Below are positions 37,110 through 50,747 of a DNA stretch of 64,000 nucleotides, piece after piece (the stretch's first letter is position 1; every line of letters begins with the position of its first letter). The notes beneath the pieces were generated by a model. It searched no databases. It saw only the letters and a program-made list of their open reading frames with translations, and was not told the origin of the DNA. The position numbers were made by a program, and so were the translations under genes. Source of the DNA: Eledone cirrhosa (lineage: Eukaryota); NCBI GenBank assembly GCA_964016885.1, contig OZ024762.1, positions 15,562,001-15,626,000 on the forward strand, written 5' to 3'.

Positions 37110-37945
37110 AATGGCTTAGTGGTTAAGAAGTTAACTTCGCTATCATGAACGAGGTCTTGGCTTCAACCACGCTGCTTGGCATCTTTGGAATCTTTGGCCA
37201 ACTCATCAAAGGATGCTTCACACAGATCCAAGTCTTGTGAGTGAAATTGGGTAGACAGAAACTGTGTGGAAGCCCGCTGGATGGAGAGTGGCTGTATTTT
37301 GGTTCTAACCATGCAGTCATGAATTCCTGAGTTTGATCCATCCCACTGCATGGAGTCTTGAGCAAGTGTTATTTACCATAGCTTTGCATTGACCCAAACT
37401 TTGTGAGTGAAATTGGGTAGACAGAAACTGTGTGGAAGCCTGCTGGATGGAGAGTGGCTGTATTTTGGTTCTGACCATGCAGTCATGAATTCCTGGGTTT
37501 GATCCATCCCACTGCATGGAGTCTTGAGCAAGTGTTATTTACCATAGCTTTGCATTGACCCAAACTTTGTGAGTGAAATTGGGTAGACAGAAACTGTGTG
37601 GAAGCCCGCTGGATGGAGAGTGGCTGTATTTTGGTTCTAACCATGCAGTCATGAAGTCCTGGGTTTGATCCATCCCACTGCATGGAGTCTTGAGCAAGTG
37701 TTATTTACCATAGCTTTGCATTGACCCAAACTTTGTGAGTGAAATTGGGTAGACAGAAACTGTGTGGAAGCCTGCTGGATGGAGAGTGGCTGTATTTTGG
37801 TTCTGACCATGCAGTCATGAATTCCTGGGTTTGATCCATCCCACTGCATGGAGTCTTGAGCAAGTGTTATTTACCATAGCTTTGCATTGACCCAAACTTT
37901 GTGAGTGAAATTGGGTAGACAGAAACTGTGTGGAAGCCTGTTAGA
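37110..37945 (+). repeat. 166 bp tandem array of a SINE-like unit (~5 copies)
   Basis: Exact 166 bp periodicity; first unit starts with A-box TGGCTTAGTGGTT; units contain CTTGAGCAAG and TTGTGAGTGAAATTGGGTAGACAGAAACTG. Confidence 0.85.
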
Positions 37946-37974
37946 TGGACTGAGTCTGGTCTAATTAGGGTATC

Positions 37975-38604
37975 ATGAAAAACACAAAGCTCTCTGTGTA
38001 TGAGGTCTGTGTTCTTACTGCCCTGCTATACAGATGTGAAACATGGACAACTTACAGGCAGTTGGAAAGGTTTCATCAGTATCGAATACGACGTATCCTG
38101 AAGATCATGTAGTCCTTTTACACACCTGATGCTGCGCTACTTGAGAAAGCGGGTAGCACCAGTATTGAGAGGAGGATTATTATGAACCAGATGCATTGGG
38201 CTGGTCATGTGGTCAGGATGGAAGGCAAAAGGCTGCCTAAACAGTTATTGTACGGGGAGCTGACCAGAGGAAAAAGGCCACAGCATAAACCAAAGAAGCG
38301 GTTTAAGGATGTCATAAAAGACAATCTTAAAGGTCTGTAGATTGATATTGAGAACTGGGAGAGACTGGCTTAAGGCCGTACATCATGGAGAAAGATCATC
38401 AAATATGGATGTGATGTCTTTGAGAAAAAAACGAGTGGAGCATGCTGTTTTGAAGCATTCACTTCGTACGTGGGACTCAAGTGCAATGCCTGCAAAAATC
38501 CAGCAGGATTTGATGTGCAATGTATGTGACCAATTTCTTCTAACACAAGGTGGTTCTGTTAACCATCTGAAATCACACAAGCCAGGGAGAAATCGAACCA
38601 ACTG
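37975..38604 (+). mobile_element. RTE/BovB-like LINE C-terminal fragment with terminal C2H2 finger
   Basis: LLYRCETWTTY..LERFHQ...HWAGHVVRMEGKRLPKQLLYGEL..GKRPQHKPKKRFKD...CNVC...NHLKSH; stops and frameshifts; followed by an RTE tail at 38606-38712. Confidence 0.85.
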
Positions 38605-39003
38605 AGGAGATGACGAAGGACCGTGACAAATGGAGAGATGCTGTGCTGAATAGGACCCGTGCTACCCTTGCAAGCAGGGAAAAGCGGTCATAAAATGATA
38701 ATGATGATGATGTGAGATGGTTCTACTGCCACACACTCCACAGCATTTTTGCAGTGAGTGTGGCTTAATTTACATGTCAGTGAGTGGTCTGACCAGGCAG
38801 GGAAAAACGCATGAAGACACATCCCAGCAGGTATTGGCAGGAGACAGACAGTCCAAGTGTCACATCTGTGAATGTATCTGGCAGGTCTGAAAAGTCACCT
38901 ACATGCACATGATCATGCAATATTCAATGAAGAGATGGCACTCTTCTGACAAGAAGTAACAATCAACAAGTATGTAAGTATGTATGTACATACACACATA
39001 TAT

Positions 39004-42000
39004 ATCATCATCATCATCATCGTTTAACGTCCATCTTCCATGCTAGCTTGGGCTGGACGGGTTGTCCCTCTTGAAGCGAGATTGGTCAGGTGACCGTCTC
39101 TCGCTCGTACAGAACTGTTTCTGGCATGTTGTCTACAGTTGGATGCCCTTCCTAACACCAACCACATTTACAGTGAGTGCTTGGAGCCTTTTTACTGTGT
39201 CTCCTACACGGCCACCTTACAGTATTTTGTCGTGTCACCTACACTACCACTTTACAGCATGAACTGGGAGCCTTTTTACCGTGTCTCCTACACTTCTACT
39301 TTACAGCATGAACTGGCAGCCTTTTTACCGTGTCTCCTACATGACCACTTTACAGCATGAACTGGGAGCCTTTTTACCGTGTCTCCTACATGACCACTTT
39401 ACAGCATGAACTGGCAGCCTTTTTACCGTGTCACCTACATGACCACTTTACAGCATGAACTGGCAGCCTTTTTACCGTGTCACCTACATGACCACTTTAC
39501 AGCATGAACTGGGAGCCTTTTTACCGTGTCACCTACATGACCACTTTACAGCATGAACTGGCAGCCTTTTTACCGTGTCACCTACATGACCACTTTACAG
39601 CATGAACTGGGAGCCTTTTTACCGTGTCACCTACATGACCACTTTACAGCATGAACTGGCAGCCTTTTTACCGTGTCACCTACATGACCACTTTACAGCA
39701 TGAACTGGGAGCCTTTTTACCGTGTCACCTACATGACCACTTTACAGCATGAACTGGCAGCCTTTTTACCGTGTCACCTACATGACCACTTTACAGCATG
39801 AACTGGCAGCCTTTTTACCGTGTCACCTACATGACCACTTTACAGCATGAACTGGCAGCCTTTTTACCGTGTCACCTACATGACCACTTTACAGCATGAA
39901 CTGGGAGCCTTTTTACCGTGTCACCTACATGACCACTTTACAGCATGAACTGGCAGCCTTTTTACCGTGTCACCTACATGACCACTTTACAGCATGAACT
40001 GGGAGCCTTTTTACCGTGTCACCTACATGACCACTTTACAGCATGAACTGGCAGCCTTTTTACCGTGTCACCTACATGACCACTTTACAGCATGAACTGG
40101 GAGCCTTTTTACCGTGTCACCTACATGACCACTTTACAGCATGAACTGGCAGCCTTTTTACCGTGTCACCTACATGACCACTTTACAGCATGAACTGGGA
40201 GCCTTTTTACCGTGTCACCTACATGACCACTTTACAGCATGAACTGGCAGCCTTTTTACCGTGTCACCTACATGACCACTTTACAGCATGAACTGGGAGC
40301 CTTTTTACCGTGTCACCTACATGACCACTTTACAGCATGAACTGGCAGCCTTTTTACCGTGTCACCTACATGACCACTTTACAGCATGAACTGGGAGCCT
40401 TTTTACCGTGTCTCCTACATGACCACTTTACAGCATGAACTGGGAGCCTTTTTACCGTGTCTCCTACATGACACTTTACAGCATGAACTGGCAGCCTTTT
40501 TACCGTGTCTCCTACATGACCACTTTACAGCATGAACTGGGAGCCTTTTTACCATGTCTCCTACATGACCACTTTACAGCATGAACTGGGAGCCTTTTTA
40601 CCATGTCTCCTACATGACCACTTTACAGCATGAACTGGCAGCCTTTTTACCGTGTCTCCTACATGACCACTTTACAGCATGAACTGGCAGCCTTTTTACC
40701 GTGTCACCTACATGACCACTTTACAGCATGAACTGGGAGCCTTTTTACCGTGTCTCCTACATGACCACTTTACAGCATGAACTGGGAGCCTTTTTACCGT
40801 GTCACCTACATGACCACTTTACAGCATGAACTGGGAGCCTTTTTACCGTGTCACCTACATGACCACTTTACAGCATGAACTGGCAGCCTTTTTACCATGT
40901 CTCCTACATGACCACTTTACAGCATGAACTGGCAGCCTTTTTACCGTGTCACCTACATGACCACTTTACAGCATGAACTGGGAGCCTTTTTACCGTGTCT
41001 CCTACATGACCACTTTACAGCATGAACTGGGAGCCTTTTTACCGTGTCACCTACATGACCACTTTACAGCATGAACTGGGAGCCTTTTTACCGTGTCACC
41101 TACATGACCACTTTACAGCATGAACTGGCAGCCTTTTTACCGTGTCACCTACATGACCACTTTACAGCATGAACTGGGAGCCTTTTTACCATGTCTCCTA
41201 CATGACCACTTTACAGCATGAACTGGCAGCCTTTTTACCGTGTCACCTACATGACCACTTTACAGCATGAACTGGGAGCCTTTTTACCGTGTCTCCTACA
41301 TGACCACTTTACAGCATGAACTGGGAGCCTTTTTACCGTGTCACCTACATGACCACTTTACAGCATGAACTGGGAGCCTTTTTACCGTGTCACCTACATG
41401 ACCACTTTACAGCATGAACTGGGAGCCTTTTTACCGTGTCACCTACATGACCACTTTACAGCATGAACTGGCAGCCTTTTTACCGTGTCACCTACATGAC
41501 CACTTTACAGCATGAACTGGGAGCCTTTTTACCATGTCTCCTACATGACCACTTTACAGCATGAACTGGCAGCCTTTTTACCGTGTCACCTACATGACCA
41601 CTTTACAGCATGAACTGGGAGCCTTTTTACCGTGTCTCCTACATGACCACTTTACAGCATGAACTGGGAGCCTTTTTACCGTGTCACCTACATGACCACT
41701 TTACAGCATGAACTGGGAGCCTTTTTACCATGTCACCTACATGACCACTTTACAGTGTGGACTGGGAGCCTTTTTACTGTGTCTCCTACATGACCACTTT
41801 ACAGTGTGGACTGGGAGCCTTTTTACCATGTCTCCTACATGACCACCTTACAGCGTGGACTGGGAGCCTTTTTACCGTGTCTCCTACATGACCACTTTAC
41901 AGTGTGGACTGGGAGCCTTTTTACCATGTCACCTACACAACCACTTTACAGTGTGGACTGGGAACCTTTTTACCATGTCTCCTACATGACCACTTTACAG

Positions 42001-42240
42001 TGTGGACTGGGAGCCTTTTTACCGTGTCTCCTACATGACCACTTTACAGTGTGGACTGGGAACCTTTTTACCGTGTCACCTACACGACCACCTTACAGTG
42101 TGGACTGGGTGCCTTTTTACCGTAACTCCTACACGACCACTTTACAGTGTGGACTGGGAGCCTTTTTACCTTGTCACCTTCACGACCACTTTTCAGTGTG
42201 GATTGGGTGCTTTTTGTTGTGTCACCTACACGACCACTTT

Positions 42241-42245
<5 letters not shown>
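39004..42245 (-). repeat. RTE 3'UTR-type repeat with a 49 bp unit amplified to ~60 copies (39240-42245)
   Basis: (CAT)n tail and GGATGCCCTTCCTAACACCAACC at the left; unit ACCACTTTACAGCATGAACTGG(G/C)AGCCTTTTTACCGTGTC(A/T)CCTACATG. Confidence 0.95.
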
Positions 42246-42282
<37 letters not shown>

Positions 42283-42287
<5 letters not shown>

Positions 42288-42685
42288 GAGGTTATATTTA
42301 ATTTGTTGGGATTCAACAAGCTTAAACTTTTTTATAACTGATATAAAGCACTCAACAATTTAGTGGAATAAATATACAATATATTAATAAATGGAAACTA
42401 TATTTATAAAACCATATTTATTTTATTATACATATTTCAAGGGCAACCAAGGCAAATTATGGTGCGCTTTCATCAGATAAAATACAGATTTGTTTTATAA
42501 ATAAATATTGACATACCCGGAAAAAAAGACAACCTTAACGGTTGGAGCTTCCTTTTTTTCCGGGTATGTCAATATTTATTTATAAAACAAATCTGTATTT
42601 TATCTGATGAAAGCGCGCCATAATTTGCTTTGGTTGCCCTTGAAATATGGTTTTATAAATACGGTTTCCATTTATTAATATATTG

Positions 42686-42690
<5 letters not shown>
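42283..42690. mobile_element. Penelope-type fold-back element (CTGATGAAAGCG family)
   Basis: Inverted arms around ~42540; homologous to 47712-48172, 50545-50735, 50748-51628 and 53458-54050; (TA)n on both sides. Confidence 0.8.
42421..42482 (-). ncRNA. Minimal type I hammerhead ribozyme
   Basis: Reverse complement: ttttat-CTGATGA-aagcgcacca(...)tggttgccctt-GAAA-T-atgt-ATA-ataaaa; 6 bp stem I. Confidence 0.8.
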
Positions 42691-42717
<27 letters not shown>

Positions 42718-43742
42718 GCATAATTCATCTAGTCGTGGTATTTATTTGGTGATAGTTCAGTGCTGTCTGTGTTTGAGAGAGAATAAAAACAATGAGAAAG
42801 ACGGGAGGGGTAAGTAAGAGGGAGATACAGAGAGGGTGAGAAAGAGAGGGGGATCAGACTGAGAAAGAGAGAGGGAAGATAAGAGTGAGATACAGAGAGG
42901 GAGATGGGATAAGAGTGCGAGAAGGAGATAAGATTGAAAGATAGTGGGGGGATAAAAGTGAGAGAGAAGGGGATATAAGAAAGAGATAGATAGATAGATA
43001 GATAGAGAACAACTGTGAGAAGGAGCAGGCGAATAGATAGAGAGGGATTGTGACACAGAGGAAGGGGATAAAAGGGAGAGAGAGAGAGAGAGAGAGAGAG
43101 GCAATTAGCGAGAGTAAAAGACTGAAGAAATGCGATAAGAGAAAAACAAACAGATTAAGAGACAGAGAGGAACTGAGAGAGAGAGAGGGAGACAATGACA
43201 TTGCGAGAGACAGACAGATAAATGGAGAGAAAAAGAGAGACAGAGACCCCCCCCCCAGACAAAGGAGAGAGAGAGAATAACTAAGAGAGGGGGAATACCT
43301 CCTTATCCTCTTCCTTCCACTACGCTTAACAACGACAATAACAAAAGGAGGAAGGGGAGGAGGAATCTTTTTTTACTCATTCCACTTATTATATGTCTAG
43401 AAGAAGAAAACAAAAAAAGTAAGTTTATATAAAGAGTGAAAGAAAGCGAGGAATAGGAGGAGGATATATTAGATAAGGAGTGAGTAAGAGGGTAAAGATA
43501 AAGTAAGAGACTAAAAGAGAAGAATAAAGAGAAAGAGTGTAAGAGAAAGACTAAGAGAGCAACGTGTACAGAAATTTCTTCTCACACTACTACTTCTACA
43601 GAATACAGAAGAAAGACTAAAGGAGCAAAAAAGGCGCCCGATGGGAGAAGGAGGAGTAAATAACTAGATAGAGTAATAGCAACGTTGCATAAACTTCCCC
43701 TCCCTTTTAAAGTTATACGCTTTCTCCCTCTCTCACGCAAAC

Positions 43743-43768
43743 ATGGACAAGAAAACTAAACCGAGACG
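43743..43768 (+). CDS. Possible first coding micro-exon of an unidentified gene (MDKKTKPRR..)
   Basis: AAACATGG start context, short open frame and CG|GTACGT donor, preceded by a unique purine-rich leader; no downstream exon identified. Confidence 0.3.
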
Positions 43769-44075
43769 GTACGTATAATATCTATATAGGCATGTGTTTG
43801 CTGTGTATATATCTACACACATGTGAGGTGTATAAAATGTATGTGTATATAGAGAAAAATGTGTGCAGAATTTATATATCAATTTATTTTTTTGATTACA
43901 GTAAATTATATACATTTTTAGATGCATTATATATTTTCTCAAAATGTGTCTATGTATATACATTTATATGTATATACTGTGTGTGTGTATATATATATAT
44001 ATATATTTACATTATATACATAAATATTGACCCAATATATATACTAAATATATATGTATATTTATATGCATATGA

Positions 44076-44120
<45 letters not shown>

Positions 44121-44356
44121 GTATATATATTGTATGTATATTTCTGTCTATGTATGTATATATATATATTGGTCAATATAAACATTTTTGGATGAGAGTA
44201 TATATATATATATATACAATCATATGTGAGAGGGTACGGTATATTTTTCTGAATAAATGTATATATAAAAGAATATATATAATGTATATAAAAATGTGTG
44301 TTAAATTTATATATACTGTCATTTCTATAATTATACACACGATTATCTATATATCA

Positions 44357-44397
<41 letters not shown>

Positions 44398-44733
44398 CAC
44401 ATTTTATATAGAGGTGGCTTCTACAGGACTAGAACTGTTTCATTAAAAGGAAATCATTGTTTACACTACTAATGTTTTGAGTACCTTACTGTGGTTACTC
44501 CCGATTGAAACCGGTACTTATATATGTATATATTATATATATATATGTGTGTAGATAAATCTGAAGACAGCATATATATGTGTAGGTATGTATATTCCCT
44601 CTGATAGTTTGTAAAATGTTTACATAGATCTATATGATATACATACCAACACACACATATATATCCTAGAAACGATCGTAAAATGATGAATTTTTTAATA
44701 TAAGGAACTGTTTCTTTGTTTTTATTGTTTTTA

Positions 44734-44766
<33 letters not shown>

Positions 44767-44781
44767 AGTTTTAATATAGAT

Positions 44782-44834
44782 GAGATTCTACAGGACTAGA
44801 ACTGTTTCATTCTTTAGAAATCATCAGGAATCTC
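44782..44834 (-). ncRNA. Canonical type I hammerhead ribozyme inside palindrome 44765-44897
   Basis: Reverse complement: gagattc-CTGATGA-tttc(taaa)gaat-GAA-ACAG(ttctagtc)CTGT-A-gaatctc; 7 bp stem I and 4 bp stem III. Confidence 0.85.
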
Positions 44835-44960
44835 GATGATTTCTAAAGAATGAAACAGTTCTAGTCCTGTAGAATCTCATCTATATTAAAACTTTTATAC
44901 TCTGCAATGTATTGAGTACCTTACTTACTGTGGTTACCTCCGATTCAACCCGGAATAACG

Positions 44961-44991
<31 letters not shown>

Positions 44992-45080
44992 AAGTACACA
45001 TATATACAAGGTGGTGCTCCAGTATGACCTTAACCTTTATGGGCTGAAGTAAACTTAAAGAACCATATGTAGTATATATA

Positions 45081-45125
<45 letters not shown>

Positions 45126-45170
45126 ATATCGAGTACTAGTTTAAAACTGGAAAAATCCTGATCCTGATCT

Positions 45171-45203
<33 letters not shown>

Positions 45204-46698
45204 CACTCAGACACGAAAAAGACTCTAAGCGGACGTTAGGGCTGCTAGAAATAGCAGCCATATTCAGCCCCTAATCAAGCCCTGCAATCTTAAGAATGGG
45301 CATGTTGGATATTGTGGCCTTGCCATTTCCTCCACATAGGAAAACAACGAGATGGTCACGGCCGGAATGACATTGAGCATCGATCTGCTCGGTCAAGGCC
45401 GACCTTGTGCTGAACAATACACAACCACCCAGCTATGTGTCTCTCTCTCTATATATATGTAATATATATATTGTATATATATATATATTGTGTATATATA
45501 TGTTATATATATATATATATGTAATATGTATTTTATATGTTATATATATATATGTTTCTACTTTTGGCACAAGGCCAGCAAATACCCAGTGTATTACTGG
45601 TACTTTATTTTATCGACCCCGTAAGGATGAAAGGCAAAGTTAACCTCGGCGGGATTTGAACTCAGAATGGCAAGGGCCGTAACTCTATGCGTCAAAGCAT
45701 GGCGTCCGACCCTCTACCGATACTGCCAATCCACCGATATGTTATATATATATAATATATATTATATGTATAAAGCAACCAGTATTATATATACTAGCGG
45801 TGGATTGGCAGTATCGGCCCTTTACTGTCTGAGTTCAAATCCCGCCGATATTAACTTTACCTTTCATCCATACGGGGTCGATAAAATAAAGTACCAGTAA
45901 TACACTGGGATAATTGCTAGCCTTGTGCCAAAAGTAGAAACAATTATTATATATACTAGCTGGTGGTTTTCTGCTAGCATGTGTTGTGTGTATATTGTAC
46001 GGCTTTCTCCTTTCCCTTCCCCTAAACCTTATTTTCGTTATTTAATTGTATCCCTCTTTCTTTTTCTTTTTGTTATTCCAAACATTATAAATCAAATAAA
46101 ATCGTAACAGAAATTGATCGAAGACGGTTTGTTACATTGTCTTATGTAATCAATAACGTAATCCATGGTACATTAAAAAAAGACGATATTATATATCTGC
46201 TAGCATGTGTAGTGTGTATATTGATATTATACGCACGTATATATACATGTAGATATGATACATCAAATAAAATCGCAACTGACAATATACACAGAAATTA
46301 AACGAAGACTGCGTTACGCTGTCTTATATAATCAGTAAAGTAATCCATGATACATTAAAAAAAACACGATATTATATATAAACTGCATTAGGAGAAAATT
46401 AGTGATAGAAATATATGAATGTTTATTTAAGTGATCGCTCACTGGAAGTGTTGACATTTGAAATTTTTAAAGAAGTGAATCTTTAAATAAACAATAGAAT
46501 ATATTTAATGAACAGCCACGAAATTTAGTAGATAAATTATGTAATATTCATTCATTATTTATTTAAAGTAATCCAACTTATTTTACTAAGGGAATAAAAA
46601 ATTATAAACCGTAAGCAGTCCCGCGCTTCTTACTTTATTATAGTTTAGATATATATTAATTATAATAAAGTAATAAGCGCGGCATGGCGTACGTTTTC

Positions 46699-46730
<32 letters not shown>

Positions 46731-47201
46731 GAATACATAAATATATATATATATGTGTGTGTATATATATATGTATATATATATATGTGTATATATATAT
46801 AAATGTATGCATCATATATATATATATATATCTACACATACACTCCTTTCTATACATACATACATACAATTATATATATATATGTATATATATACACACA
46901 TACACTCCTTTCTATACATACATATACACACTCATATATATATATATATATACACACACTCCTTTATATATACATACACACACTCATATATATAAAGATA
47001 CCGTTAAGGGTGAAAGCAGCGATTCTTTGCTTAAACTTTAATCTGTTACTTTAATAAATATTTGCCCTAGGGTTCTTATATATTTGATATATATTTATCC
47101 TTATCGAGCCCTCTTTGGATTTTACGTCTTCAAATTTATTATTATTACTATATATATATACACATATACTCCTTTTTATACATACACACGCTCATATATA
47201 T

Positions 47202-47523
47202 CATCATCATCATCATCATCATTTCATTTTACGTCTGCTTTTCCCTGCTTGCAAGGGTGGGACGGGAACTGATGCTGGCTTGATTTCTACAGCTGGATGC
47301 CCTCCCTAACACTAACCTCATTTACAGTGAGTGCTGGGTGCTTTTTTGCCGTGGCCCCTCCACGACCACTTTACAGTGGAATGATAGGGACCCCAGTCCC
47401 TATCATCTCATTTCTACAGCTGAGTAAACTGGAGCAATGTGAAATAAAGTGTCTTGCTCAAGGAAACAACACATCACTCGGTCTGAGAATTGAACTCACA
47501 GCCTTTCGATTGCAAGGCCAATG

Positions 47524-47527
<4 letters not shown>
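47202..47527 (-). mobile_element. Family B SINE (tRNA head, CORE-like body, RTE tail); copies 54244-54583 -, 59246-59582 -, 62549-62894 -, 22769-22927 + partial
   Basis: Reverse complement of 60266-60612. Confidence 0.88.
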
Positions 47528-47557
<30 letters not shown>

Positions 47558-47797
47558 CTCTGTATACCGTTTATCTTTCACCGAAAGTGATTTTTCATTA
47601 CATCTCTTCTTTCCATGATATCCGGAATACATTGAGTTCTTCATACGGATTGGACACTACCGTAAACTCTTGGTAGATTTATCTACATATATATATATAT
47701 ATATATATATATGGAAAGTCATATTTAAATTGTTGGGTTACAACTAGTAAATATTTATAACTGATATAAAAGCACTCGACAAATATTTGGAGTATCT

Positions 47798-48165
47798 TTA
47801 CAATATTAAATAAATGGAAACTATATTTATAAAACCATATTTATTTCATTATATATATTTCAGGGATATCATATTAACAATATGCTATGCCTTCCTCAGA
47901 CAAAATACAATATAAACAGTTTTATAGATAAATAGATTCGACATACCGTAACAACATCGACTTGTATTTGAAAAGGTTGATCTGCCAAATCAACCTTTTC
48001 AAATACAAGTCGATGTTGTTACGGTATGTCGAATCTATTTATCTATAAAACTGTTTATATTGTATTTTGTCTGAGGAAGGCATAGCATATTGTTAATATG
48101 ATATCCCTGAAATATATATAATGAAATAAATATGGTTTTATAAATATAGTTTCCATTTATTTAAT

Positions 48166-48172
<7 letters not shown>
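47798..48172. mobile_element. ~375 bp palindrome with two hammerheads (47844-47905 -, 48065-48126 +)
   Basis: Arms complementary around GATCTGCCAAATC; ttttgt-CTGAGGA-aggcatagcatatt(gtt)aatatgatatccct-GAAA-T-atat-ATA-atgaaa. Confidence 0.85.
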
Positions 48173-48204
<32 letters not shown>

Positions 48205-48267
48205 CATCATCATCATTTTACGTCCGCTTTTCCTGGCTTGCAAGGGTGGGACATACATATATATATG

Positions 48268-48325
<58 letters not shown>

Positions 48326-48691
48326 AAAGATAAGGGCGATTGGTTTCTCCTCCATTACATTTGGGTGCTGTTTTTTTGGGTCGTGCCTATACTTCCACTT
48401 TACAGTGTGGCACCTCCACGACCACTTTGCATATATATATATCTATGTGTATATATATATATATTGTCGTCCCACCCTTGCAAGCAGGGAAAAGCTGACG
48501 TAAAATGATGATGATGATAATGATGGTATGTCTGAATATATCTATCATTTTCCCCGTTCCTTCTTTTCATCACTCTTTACTTTCTATTTATCTTCTATTT
48601 CTAACTATCTTCTGATGAAGGACATGTGTCCAAAACGTTAAGAATCTCTTGATGTTATTTCAAGTGTTAAAGATTTATAAACTAATTTTTC

Positions 48692-48724
<33 letters not shown>

Positions 48725-48785
48725 GTAGAACACTTTAGGGTTATATCCATACTAGTAGAGCACTCAGTCCATGGGACTATATATA

Positions 48786-49658
48786 CAGGGTACGGACGAT
48801 ATTTTGTTCGCAAGATTACTGACTAGGTAAAAATAACACAGTAGTTTTATTTTTTAAGATATATTTATCAAACTTGGGTCAGTTTGTCTTCATGGCTTGT
48901 TCTTTTGATCTCACTCCATAAACCCGCCATTGGCTTTGATGACGGCCTCAAGGCGACCTCGGAACCGGCTACAGGCCTTCCTCACTGTCCCCCGACTTAG
49001 GCCCCTAAAGGCACTTGTGATCCTGGCCTTCAGATCGTCTTTCATATTGCAGCTAGATATGTTGGTGTCTCGTTCCACTGTGTCCCACACAAAGAAGTCG
49101 AGGGGGTTGCAGTCAGGAGAGCTGGGAGGCCAGATGTCAGGTGAAGTATGGTCGATGAAGTTCTCTGACAGCCAGGCTTGGGTCTTTCGGCTGGTATGGC
49201 AGGGCGCTGAGTCTTGCTGCCACACGTACGGCCTACCTGCAGCTACCTGGTCGATCCAGGGCTTTACTACCTCGCTCAGAACGATGTTCAGCTTGAGGCC
49301 ATCGGGGAAGAAGTGAGGTGGCATGACGTCACCTTGACTGCTGACGACACCTAAGACCAATGTTGTCACTGGAAACTTTGTCTGCGTGACTCTGGGCACG
49401 TCTTTGGATGAGACAGCGAGCCACCTGTTGTTCTGGGAGTTGATCTTCTGGTCTTATTTGTCCTCCCGGCGCGGATTCCAAGAACTCCGAATCTCTTCCA
49501 CAAATTTGGAGGTTCAAAATTATTCATAATCAATTATTCTGAAAATAAATAATGGAAATATAGTCACTGTTTTTATGAAGACAAGAGTGACTACGGAAGT
49601 AAAAAAAAATTTGCATAAAATTTGCAGTTGAAAATTGCGAACAAATATCGTCCGCACC

Positions 49659-49661
<3 letters not shown>
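48786..49661 (-). mobile_element. DD37D (maT-type) transposon, second deleted copy
   Basis: Same TIRs as 23379-24524; YVWQQDSAPCH...WPPSSPDCNPLD with 37 residues between the second and third Asp; N-terminal half deleted. Confidence 0.92.
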
Positions 49662-49689
<28 letters not shown>

Positions 49690-49768
49690 GTTGAAAATGA
49701 ACAAACAAAACACAGGAGGAAATTGTACACAGTTATGTTAGGTTCACACTTGGTGGGAGTGGAGGAGG

Positions 49769-49804
49769 TTTCAACGTTTCAAACAGAAGTCCTTCATCAG
49801 GAAA
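49769..49804 (-). ncRNA. Minimal hammerhead motif
   Basis: Reverse complement: tttc-CTGATGA-aggac(ttct)gttt-GAAAC-GTT-gaaa; self-complementary AACGTT in place of stem III. Confidence 0.7.
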
Positions 49805-50747
49805 GTTTGGATAGGGAAAGAACAAGAACTCCGAGGAGGAGTAAGGAGGGTTTTAAGGATAGAAGTTACAAAGTAAATAATAAAAAATGATATATATTAA
49901 ATTTGCTCTGTGTTTAAATCTCTCTTTTCTTCAGACCAATATCATCATCATCATCATATTTGTTACCAATAATATGTATATCATCATCATCATCATCATC
50001 ATTTTATGTCCGCTTTTCCCTGCTTGCAAGGGTGGGACGGGTCCTATTCAGCACAGCATCTCTCCACTTGAATCTACCTGGCAATTATATAACATATATA
50101 GTATCATATATAATTATCTACATACATTTGAGTTTTGTATATATAATTTTTTAAAGACTGCTCTCTCTCCCTCTCATATATATATATATATATATATACC
50201 TCTCTCATATATATATATATACACCACCCTGTTAAATTGAAGTTATGTTGGTACCACAACATCCAGTCCGAAACAAATGAGGTCGTGTAGGTGTCAACGA
50301 CAAAAAAAAAACACACAGTCCACGCTGTAATGTGGCCGTGTAGGTAACACGGTAAAAACCTCCCAGTACACACTGTAAACGTGGTTGGTGTTGGGAAGGG
50401 CATCCAGCTGTAGAAAACCCGCCAGACAGTCCTATACGAACAAGACAACCAATCTTGCCTCAGGTGGGAAAACTCCCGTCCAAACCCATGCAAGCGTGGA
50501 AGATGGACGTTAAACGATTATGATGATGATGATGATATAGACAAAGGTTATATTTATATCCAGCGAACCTCCAACCGTCAAGGTTGTTCTTCTGCGGGTA
50601 TGTCGACATTTATAAAACAAATTTTGTGTTTTATCTGATGAAAGCGCACCAAAATTTGCCTTGGTTGCCCTTTAAATATATATAATAAAATAATTATGGT
50701 TTTATAAATATAGTTTCCATTTACTAATATAATGTATATATATATAT

